Assembly: GCA_002633005.1 (NCBI GenBank)
Contig: NMRA01000773.1
Location: 92,766 to 155,236, forward strand
Length of the DNA stretch: 62,471 bases
Direction: 5' to 3'
Source of the DNA: Phoronis australis
Taxonomy: Eukaryota; Animalia; Phoronida
Below, in pieces: positions 36,660-48,600 of the stretch (its first letter is position 1; every line of letters starts with the position of its first letter). Below the pieces are notes generated by a model, which did not search any database, was not told where the DNA came from, and was given only the letters and a program-made list of their open reading frames with translations. The translations under genes were made by a program, and so were the position numbers.

Positions 36660-39600
36660 CCGTTCAGTGGAAATGTACAATGCAACTTCCTTTTTAAACA
36701 TTGCAAGGCAGGGATACTTGCACTTTAACCTTTGTTTATAATTGTGGTTCTTTCCAAGGCAAAGAACCATACTTTGTAAAACTGCTTCCACCTGAACACC
36801 AAACAGAACTGATTGTATAGACAGTTCTAAACTATGTCCAACTGCATGTTCGAGCCAGTTATTTACATTAGTCCAAAACTGCTGAGTAAAGTTACAAGAC
36901 CAGTACACATGGACAATAGATTCGATTTCATTTAACCAAAAAGTGCACAGTGAGCTATCAATTACGCCAATCTTGTACAAACATTCATTGCAGCCTACTA
37001 TTCTATAAACCAGCCTAAACTGGAACCATCTCGGAGAAACATCTTCGTGATTGAATAGATGTAAGAAAAAACATTGTACCACCATTCTGCAGTATCCGGG
37101 AGATATAATTTTTCACTCCACTTCATTTGACACTTTGTTTCCCACAATTCTGAGAGACAATAACGTGGTAAATTTTATCTACTCTTTTGACATCTCCCAA
37201 AATAACTTCAATGTATCGTGAACGACGAGGTAAAATTACTTGGTGCTTTCCCTCTCTGAGATGACTCCAGATAGAATATAATGAACTTTATTTGAAATAG
37301 TATCAGAATTTCTTTATAACATTAATGCTCTTTGTGTGAGTCGATAGAATTGTATACTTGTGTATGAAAATGAAATATTTACATTCGTAATCATGTATCA
37401 TTGTAATCTTAACATCATTTTTTAAATTTATGAATTGGTGTATAATAATTGTATATAGGCTTCTTTGCATTTGTTAACGCAGGTCTAATGCCTCTTGGTG
37501 CTTTCTGGATTATGTATATTCATTGTATTCTGAAGATTTCGTAATAAACATCAAAAAATGTCAGTTAAGTGAAACGCCCATGATACATTAGCATAGACAG
37601 TCTTACTATCCTTTTAATGCTATGGAACGCCTGGTGTCACTGAGAAAGATGCACATCACACAGTCGCGCTGGCTAAGGCTTACCTTGTTGCCCTCCCAGT
37701 TAAGATATTGGCGACTATACGCAAAACACTTGTCCTCGGGTAGCCCACTCTCCCTTGTGATGCGGCGAAGATCGTCCATTGCTTTAACCTCAGTCTGAGC
37801 ATCCGGTAAGTTTTTGTGTTTCAAGTTGATCTTCGATGCCTGAAGCGTGACACATTGAAAGTGTGCATTAGTGTTGTATAGTTAAGTCTTGCAAAAAACG
37901 ACCAAAATAACGCCATATTCTTCAAATACGTCAAATGATTACTGCCGCGAAAACCATGTGTTTTGGTTTTGCTACTGAAATTTTGAGGGGTGCTTGAATG
38001 GAATTTGACTGACAATGTTTGTAAGGAAAAATATTTCAGGCTGCATCTCGCCCTGTTAAGCTGGATCGAATGAAAATTGAAGCAGGCCTTTTTACTTTCA
38101 CGAATTGGTGTCATAATTATCCTCAGAGTCACAGGATTCCAATTCCGTTGCCAAAATACATATCAAGACCATCAGTGTCTCAACAAAACATTTCACATGT
38201 TATGGTATGGGCTTGTCCAAGCCTAAAATTGCGCACGTACGCATTGCTTGTGACTTGAGTAATCGGCTCATTTGGCAATAATTAAATATCTGATGAGAAT
38301 GGTAATGTCTGACGCGCTTCGGTTAAGAATTAATAAGGTCAGATAAACAGGGGTGAAATGCGGTTTTGAACAAAACATTTAGAATACTAAACAAGTTTCG
38401 TCAGTCGAAAGATACAACTAAAAGTCAAATATTTCGAAACTTTCAGACCTATTTATACATGCCTAGTTACTTTACTTTTCATTTTTTAAAAACTGAGAAA
38501 CCTCAGGTGAGTGAGTACCCATAATGCATGAGTTACCTGTCATCACTATGGCGGTCATTTATGTGATGCTGCAACACCAAAAATAAAAATTCAACAAGAA
38601 AAAACCTTATTACATTGAGTTAAGTTTGAGAATATTTTGACTTGTGTTGATTGAGTATTATTTGGGTCTAAGACTCGATTCAATTTAATTGCTTAAAGTC
38701 TGTTTCATGAACATTTCTTAACAAAAATGAAAGAAAAACATTATCTTTAATTGAAGTGAAACCTAAACAAGTCGAAATAATAGTTTTGCAATGACAACCT
38801 TTTCCGGTTTTCCTGAATGGTCTGCATCAGCCCTTTTACAAGTGCACGCTCGCACGTACGCTCGCACTCACGCAAGCACGCACGAACGAACGTAATTTAG
38901 TATCAAGATGCACTTACAATGAGTATGAATTCGCCATCATCTGTCTCCGTGATGTTAACCGAGTTCGTGTACTTCCTTCCGGCTGGAACCCACATAACAA
39001 AAGCATTCAGCAGCCGGTAGAAGTAAGTCGCGTTTCTGGGCCAATTATCTGAAAAACGGAGAATGAAGCGTATCATTCTATTACTAGTGTTACGCTAAAA
39101 TACGATCAAGGCTGGCGTCTAATGTCTTTACTCAAAACCCTAGGCGTATATGGTCTTGACTTTCGGGGAATCATATGACATTTTTGCCCGAACATAGGCG
39201 TAGGATAATCTCACCCACTCCTTCCCGGTCGTCACCGATTTCATTCTTCAATGCCCTACTTATATACCTTTCTCGTATTTTTCGCCACCCGATCTTTGTT
39301 GTTTTGTCCTAATTTTTCGAAATTTTTCTTTTTCCCGAATCTGGGGCAATTGCTCCCCTTCCTCCGCCAAATACGCCTATGCTAGAAAGAAACTCGACTG
39401 CTAAACAGGCCACATTCGAGTGAACTGAGACATTACTCCAATCATAACTTATTAAGTTACATGTAGGAGTGTGAGTCGGATCTGAGCTCGGAGATTAAAC
39501 TGTGGCTCCAGATAAATTTTTACCTTTGTCGTATTTTTTGCAGCCTGATCTTCACTGTTTTGTCCCATTTTTTTTCTAATTTTTGTTTTTCTCAGAATTT

Positions 39601-42600
39601 GGGGCATTTGCTCCCCTTCCCCGCCAAATACGCCTATGCTGGAAACTAGCCTCCTAAACAGGCCACGTTTCGAGTGAATTTACACATTACTCCAATCATG
39701 ACTTATTAAAGGAGTGTGGGTCCAGATAATTATTTATAATTATTTATATTTGCATGCCGGACTCTAAGACGTCAATTACACACAACAGAAAGAGTCGCAT
39801 GCTCGGTCATATTAACGCAGATTACGTCCAACTTAGTGCATATTATATCTCGACAGAGGCCGTTATAGTCAATGACGGTAATTCATTTCTGTGACACGTC
39901 TGGTTGTTTTCCAACATAAAAATTCTATTTCACAATGAATGTCTGTTTCAGGAACAATACAAGACTGTCAAAAAACCTCGCCTTCTAGTGTTTCTATATG
40001 ATAAGTTTCTCCAAATATGAAGCTATTTGACTACACGTACATGTACAGTATCTATCTGCACTGTGTACCAAATGCGACAACTGACTGTTATCTCACCGTC
40101 CACCACAATTAGACCACTAATCGTAATGAAATTTATCTCAATTTGTTCCTAGAAAAAATGCATGTAGATGTAAGTTCAGGGCTTGGAAAAACGTACTGCT
40201 CGTTATTGATTGAAACCAATATTCACAAATTAACTTGTAGCGAGGTGTTTTTGCTAATCAAGCAATAATGAATTGTATGCTCTTCGCAAGAACAATAACC
40301 AGCTTTCACTCAAGTAAAATGCAAGCTGGGATCAATTTGATAGCGGTAAGCGATCTAATTCAAAAGTTAGTCTCTTTGACTAAACGGGCGATTATATCCG
40401 GGGTAATTATTGATCGAATAAAATATTACTATTCAATTGTAGTCTTACCACTGTTCAAGTATTGTAAAGTACGGTTGTCGGTCGATTCGTTAAGGAACTT
40501 TTTGTAAGCCGTAAGGAAACTATCAACTGTTCCTTCGTATGTGTACCGACTCTTAGCTGCCTTTTGCGCAATCTCGTCCACGTATTTCCAATCTTTATAA
40601 TAGTCGATGTCACCTAAAGAGAACATTCTTACTATATACCTCTATCAACACAGCATAACAATGGTTCCTTTTGGTCAGAGCAACGGGTCCACATGAGCGG
40701 CCTGCGCACGTCTGGTACACCGTGTACCATATCTGCTGCAATCATTTTCAAAGACTACGAGAAGTGCATGTATAAGGAAAGGTGCCTAGAACAACAACAA
40801 AACAACGTGACTACCCCTTGATCCACTTTAATGATGCGAACTGTCACAGTTACGATACGGTTAAAGCTCTGATAAGACCCCGCTAACGACATGAAATTCT
40901 CTTTGAACTGTTGGAACTTTTCTAGTGACATTGTGAATTACACGTAAATATTTCCAAATAAAAATGAAAAAAATATTGCATGGCAGCATGAAAAAGATAA
41001 CAATATTATCGTTTACCTATGATGTATGAACAGTAAATCTCATGATAGAAATGTATGTGTAAACCGAAACGTAAGTCATACCTATGTATATTGACGTGCT
41101 GACGCCATCGCTTGGGTAGTACCTATCGGACGCGTCGTAATAGTCGTTTAGATAGGAGTCGCTTGCAAGAAACCACTTGAAATCGAAATTCTGTTTCAGG
41201 TTGATTATGCCCCAAATATTGAGGCCAAGGAGGCCGGCTGTGATAACAAGCACGGTGATCTAAAACGGATCAGTTGTCATTTACATTGACAATGGTTGTA
41301 AAAAAAGACATTTCATATAGGATCCAGCTTTGATATGCAGACATGATGCCTACATGTACTCGAATGTGAATATCTTATAACAAAGATAAATTATACATGA
41401 ATGCCTTCTTATTTTTTTCTATATGAATTTTGTGGTCGACTAACAAAACAAAGGTACCGTTATAGTAAAGTTTATGTTTACATTAGTGCAACGATGACTA
41501 TTCTGATGCGAAAACATAAATTTGTGCCACTTGACGTAAATCGTATATGCAAGCATTTAGTATAATTTACTTTTGGAGTATTATTGTTGCGTTCAAAAAC
41601 AATACAGTAACAGTGAATGCGCCATTAACAACGTTCACGCCGTAATTTCATATTCAGTAACACTTTTCTAAGATTACGAGGGCATGGAATAACGTGGAAC
41701 GATCTGTACCTTCACGGGAGTTTTCATCAGCAAGGGAGCGTAGATTTTTTCAAAAAACATCTGCATGGGTTCACGCTGGCCGCACGCGCTTGCCTGGTAA
41801 TCTTTGTGTACGTAACAACAGCAGCAGGCGTTCCGGAAAACTTCTGTCCGCTTCTCGTTTAGTGTGTGACAAGCAACAAAGAAGGTCGCTGACAGAAAGT
41901 ACAAGGCGATGATGCCAAGGCAAGCGAAGGCGCAGAACGACTGGAGAGCAGGCAGTATCTGGAAGGTACAGTGAATGGGAAACGCATTTATTTTCATCTC
42001 ATTTCCTTGTAGACCAAGCTGGGCCGGCGAAAGAGGGTGCTCTTGTACTTCGATAAGTTTTTTCCTGTATACACCTTATCATTATGCTGAAGATAGGAAA
42101 TTTTAATGGTTCTGATCCGGCCACACACTTTTTTGTCTTCAATACCACGGCCCTGTTTTCTTTGATTGGGGGTATATTGTGCCAGCTGATGTTTGCCAGC
42201 ATATGTAAAACAACTGTTTGAAATAAGGAGAGAATCGAAAAATGCAAACATTAACTCACCGTTGAAGCGCCTATTGCAAACGCCACAAAATCTGTGATAG
42301 ACGTCACAGTTATTGCCACCCCTGCGTGTTTCAGCATAATTCCTATTCTTTCTTCGAGGGGATGCTCGTGTTCTTCTGGTGTGAGATTCCGCCATGCTTG
42401 TATGATCACAAACATGTCGTCGACGCCAATGCCTGTTTAAGCATGACACATTCAATGCACTTGCAAATGTTTAGAAATTTTAAAGTTTATTCAAATAGGC
42501 TTTGTGCCCAGTCTCTAGACGCTTTGACTGTAATACAATATTCTATGTTGTATTGTCCCGTGTATTACTTAAAACGATTATGTGCTTTTCTTTCAAGCAT

Positions 42601-45600
42601 CATAGGCAAACCAATCCAACACTAGTTCAATATAGACGTTTTTTATTACCTTTGACAAGTTTTATCCAAATACCAGTAAACAATAACAAATAATACATGT
42701 CAGACCTATCACGAAATTGAGCAAGTGCCAAGAAAATAAATGCACTAAAAACGTCATGAGTGTACTGTTTTCTTCAAAGTATTTCAGCTTACCTAGAAGT
42801 AAAAACGGAAGAATAGAATGAACAGGTCCGTAAGGAGCTCCAAAAGCAGACGCCAGTCCAAACGACACGAGAATAGAACAGCCAATAACGATGATTCCAG
42901 AAAAAGAGAGCCATGCCTACAAAGGTAAAAAAGCTTCATTACAATAAATTGTCTCACCGTCACGTCTATTCAAGACCGAATGCTAACCAAAAACGTCTTT
43001 TTCACAGTTAAGGGATATCTTGACCGACAATATACTCTTGACAGCCAAAGCTGTGACCGTCGTTTGTTACTTCTGATAGAGCAACACTTGCAAAAAATGT
43101 CTGAATCTCCCATTTACTTCTTTAAACCGACACTAGCGTGTATTCTGTTACTTAGATCCACTCAGATTATCTGCCCATGTAACTCAGACGTAAAAATTTG
43201 TAGCATTATCTTGTACTATTGGACATCAAAAGCAATGCCAAACAACCATTTTTGCATTTGATAGCTGGGTTTCCCTCTCCAGTAAGCTGTTTCGTTGACG
43301 AACTATTTGTAACGTACTCACGACTCCCAGCAATAAATCCGTGAACACAAAGGTAAGTGGTTAAGGTAGTGCTAGAATCCTGCTGAACCTACCCTATGGT
43401 TGACACACGTAAAGAGGCCTAGGACTAGAGTTACGTAACAGATGATAAGGCCGTATCCAGCTGACAGGAAGATAATGTCACTTCTTATATTTCCTCCGCC
43501 TTCATCGCCAAAGCTGAAATCAGGATGAAATTGAGTAAGAAACTTACTCTTGCAAGTTGTGAAAATACGGTCGAAACGAATCCACTTACACGTATAAACA
43601 ATTAAATCATTGTGAATGATCATCAAGCTAATAGTCAAATTCTAATATCTAAACTAAAATAATTTTGAACAAAAAACACTTTCAAATTTTCAGCATTTGC
43701 AGTACTCTCTCCACTACAAAGGTCACCATTTTCTTGAGGTAACGACCAAAAAGTATTGAAAACTCACCTCCTTGTAGAAGAGACATAAACTTTCTTAACG
43801 TCTTTATGACCCTCTTTGCCAACGTCTATGTACTTCGACTCCCATTCAAGCACGTGTTCGTCCCCCTTCAAAATCAAACGAGAGCATACATGTATGTAAA
43901 ACAAGACCGCGACAAAAGAAAGTCCGAACGATACGTTTCCTTTTCTTTTAATTAAACCTGAATATCACTTTAAGCCTTCCTCGAAAGAAAATATTTCATT
44001 CTAGATGTGTTGACTATATATATGGGATTTTAGCACTCAAAAGTAGGCACGTCAATGGTGCGTCAAGTAGCCTGTTGGCATCATGTGGCGCAACCGCGAG
44101 AAAAAGGTAAGTGTTCGTTAGCAGTAGTCCAGTACGTGCAGAGGGTACCCGAATGTATTGAATAAAACACCGATGTTAGCGGGTGTTGCTCGTAGTTAGA
44201 ATTTGAATTGACTGAGGATTATCGCGGTGACGTAGACGAAAGTCAAGCAACAAGAGCAAGCGTCCATCGCCTAGTGTAATTTATGACTTCCGTGTGGTCA
44301 GCGTGATGCCTTTAAGGTAATAAATGGTAGGTGTTACCCGTTATGGCAGTCTTTAAAAACAAATGTGGTAAACGTCTCACGGCACCCTGTTTTCCGCTAA
44401 CGCTTCAGAACAAAATCAGTTTTTTTGGTTTCGGGGTTTGAAATTTTTCATGACCAACCCATTTCAAATGATTATCAGATATACAATGTATCAACAGTAA
44501 CATTTATTTCGGAAAACCTCGTTAGCAGCCAATTTTTCATCAGTAACATAACTTGCCGTTATCACCGACATATATGTTAACATGACTATAGATAATGTTG
44601 TGTACGTGTAGAAATACAGAAAAATGTCCATGTTTTGTTAAATTCGAAAAATCTTATCTCAGAAATGGCCGATCGTATGCAACAAGTTGTAAAGAATCGG
44701 TTTTAAAATGTTGTAATTTTTATGAGGGGCCATAAAAATTACGACTTTTATGAATTTGTTGCATACAACAAAAACGAAATAATATTTAAGAAAAACTGTA
44801 ACCGCATTTTTGAGATATCATATTGAACATTTGCAACAAATAAAATTTGATCGAGTCATTGATACAATTGCTTTGCTGTCGATGTACATTTTTTATCAAT
44901 TTTTACTAAAAACATAGTCACATGACTCTATTAATAACAGATTGTTAAAAAGCAAATATATCCAATTGTGCAAGTTTACCGAGCTAAAGTCTGTAGTTTT
45001 GTAGAGATTTGGCTAAACGCGCTGTCTTGTCAGCAAGTTCCTACACATGTACACGACCTTAACCCGGAAACGTTACAACATAAAATAATGCTGCGTCCTC
45101 TGATATTGTAACGAGTTCTGCGTTCCATTGAGATACGATTATTTATCCAATGATATATAAGAACCATAGTCCTATCCGGAAAACTTATAAAAGTTAAAAA
45201 AAAAATAAGGATAGTCAAACTTGATTGGTTCCCTCGCTAAATGCTAAATGGAATGACTAGTGCTGTAGTGGGGCGGAGACGCACGTAGGCGCAGCCAACT
45301 AACTACCTTTTGGCATTTGAACGTACCGCCTACGCACCGTAAGTTACTTTCAGTGCTCGAGGTGATACGGTGGGCGTCTATTTGCCTCTGATTTCACCAC
45401 TACAGCACTGGCAGTAAAGCTCAAAGTCTCTGTAATTCTTGTTGCAGGTGCTTAGCGACCACAAACTTACTTTCTTGGTGCGAGACAACAAAACTAAGGA
45501 TTAACCTTATCCTGTGCTAGGCGAGGTCAGCCGAAAACGAAGGGGCTCTTACTTGTCAATAGTTTTGACGACTGACATGAAAGGCGCGGTAATAGCCCGG

Positions 45601-48600
45601 CGAGAGTTTAACAGTCAGTAGAGCCTTTTTTCTTGGGTCATGAAAAAGGATCTGCTATTGGACTTGATTATGTTATAACTACCTGTGTTGTGTTTCCGCT
45701 ATCAGCTATAAAGTAGGTCATGGTGGCTGACTTTGCGCCAACGATGAAACCAGACTCATTTCGGGTGATCTGTCCGAGAACTTTAGTGACGTCATAGTCG
45801 CCAAAGAATACAGGGCTGAAGTTTCAAAAGAATGTTTGCTTGGTACAAACTGTTGATAACATGATACAAATGAGTTCTCAATTTTCAACCAGCAGTATTT
45901 CCCATATAGTGTAAGTCCCAGTTTTGTTTAGCAATATTTACACAGTTGCACTGAGCACTCCCAAAAATAGTCACCATTTGGTCTAGAAGTCAACGCAAAA
46001 GAAAATCCACCATTATATAAACCGTGTACAGCCTATTGTTAGGTTTGATTGCTACAGACCTTCCAATGCTTACTGTCATTTCAACGTACATGTGCGTTAT
46101 CAGAGGTATCTTAGCCCGCTATTGGTAGATAAAAACAGACCAGGCGTGCGTTCAGTAACGCTAGGACCCGCTAGGACCTAGCTAAAATCTAGCCAATGTC
46201 ACGTGATCTCATCTAAATTGCACGGCAATATCTCACGTAATCTCGCGAAGTCTTGTTTTTAGCGAGGTCCCAGCGTTACTGAACGGGAGGCAGGTACTTG
46301 CCCTCAGTAGCTTCTGTTTTAACAAAAGACTTACGTAAAACCGTAGTTTAAAAACTTACACAAAACTGGCACTGGTTCATCTCAGCGGTTTACAAAAATG
46401 GACAACTCTGATTAGAAGTTGTGGTCGAATTTACGTTTGTTGCAATACATCGTTCTTATAAAGCAACACGTTGCATTCGCACGCACGAGCCTGTGGCTGT
46501 TTTTACAACAACCCAAGGTACGTCCGTTAGCAAAACAAACCCCTAGGGATGAGAATCACTATACTTTGGTGCAAATCTCCGTCGCATACCTTCTTTCCGT
46601 GCTGTTGATCTTCTCCACAATCTGCTCGTAAGTGAGGTTCCTTATGACGCCCTCGTCGTGTTTCCACAGCTCTAGTAAACTACTGCCCCAACAGATCCTT
46701 CCAAATAACCTTCAAAGAATGGCAACATCGTGAGACGATTCGCCGGAAATAAGACAGACGGACATGTTGGTAGACAAACACGTGAGACTAGGAGAGATGG
46801 ACGGTGCAGCCAACAGACACAAAGAGGAGACGCGCATACACTGTACTAACACATGTATACAACAATACATGCACGTTCAGGTTGTTGAGGTTCTCAAAGT
46901 ATTCCTACCTTCCAGTACACCTAGCCTCCTTTCCCAGAAAAGACACGCGTGCTGTGAAAATTGTACGTATGGGTGTGATGACGTGAGTGCATGCCTGTGA
47001 TTGTCTATGTGTATAACGCTATCCCAGTCATTTGCTTTCGACAACGAGGATCTTTTAATACAATTTTTTCTTTCTTATGGTTCTAGCCGACAGTTTCAAC
47101 ATATTTGTGAAATTTTCGAGTGGAGACATACTTGTAATACATTTTTAATGTGGTTGCTTACAAAATATCCTTGAATGTGTCTGTGTCCACTACGGACCCT
47201 ATACATGAGCGGCCCAGCACTGAAATAAGTGGGGGCTATGCCCCCCTATCCCCTATGGTGCGCCACCCTTGCTACGAAGAAGACCCTTTTATTTTGTACA
47301 ATATAGGCTTTCGGGCGAGCAAGTCTTTGGAATGTGTGTACCACTATAGTTTTCTTTTCTTTTCAAGCTAAAGAAGACACAATCGAAGTTGGACTAAATT
47401 TCGGAGCACAAAACAGCTACTAAATATCCATTTCATTTCGCCTACAATCCATGTCAATCGTCACTAAATCTCGACAAAACCACAAAAGGTGGTGTTCCAT
47501 CAACTTTGTCGATATCTCGACAATTTACTGCATCGCAAATCCATCACATACATATAAATAAACAATTAGCAGCTAGGCGCAATGGGGTCAATAAAATTCG
47601 ACAGAATTTCGGCAAAACGCCGTTTTAATTACTGCGACGAGCTTCCCCTTTACAAGAGTAACTACGAAAGGATTTTGACAAGAGGTTTGTCCAAGTTTGG
47701 CAAAGGTCTGTCTGAAGAAGGGTACTGTACTTACTTAGTGCAGATGGACGTCCAATTATACTTGTTGCCGCTTATGTTTTTCACTTTCATATCAATGTCC
47801 ATCATCTGGAAAGTAATACGTATGCTACGTTCCAATTACACTGTATGTCTTCCTCGTGCGTGTGCAGATGGGTATGAGAAAAGCTCTTACTTACCAGAGA
47901 TGTTTCGATAATTAAGAATATGTAGGATCAACTCTTGGTATTTGGCCGAATATATACAGGCTGTACAAAACTGTAGGTTATAACTTGGTGAAAGTGCATT
48001 CTTTCTGAAAGTAATTAGCCTGTAAATTTCATTTATTTTGGCTTTGTTAATAATTAGCCATTAGTTGGGCCAGTGACCATCTCGTTTTTTCGAAAAAATA
48101 GCACGAAAGGAAGGTACATCGATAGCAGATTAAAAGTGTCATCAACACGATCCCTATCCGTTTAATATGAATGGTCAAGATGAAATCTCAAATACATGTA
48201 CGCCGTTACAGGTTCCTAAGGTATCATTTGCTGTCGTTTTGTCATTTGTTTAATGAAATCATAAAAGTCCGACTTTTGGTAACCCGTCATACTAACGTGG
48301 GGCATTTTAAAAACAATTCCTAAGAGAGGATTAAAGCACACTGCGTAAAGCATAGCTTCTCTAGGCTTCATATCATTCCGATTACCCATTTCTGAGGTAT
48401 GAAATTCCGAAGTTAGACCAAATTTGGGTATTTGTCTATGTTCCAGTGACTCGTACTACTGGTGCGACTATGATATGACAGTTCGCTGTTTTACTTAGAA
48501 AATATATCTGCTCATGTCGAGGTTGAAGTTGATATTGTTTTTATCCTTACCGCTTGAATCACTTTCGGCTGAAGAACGTTGTCTGCCTCTACTATCAAAG

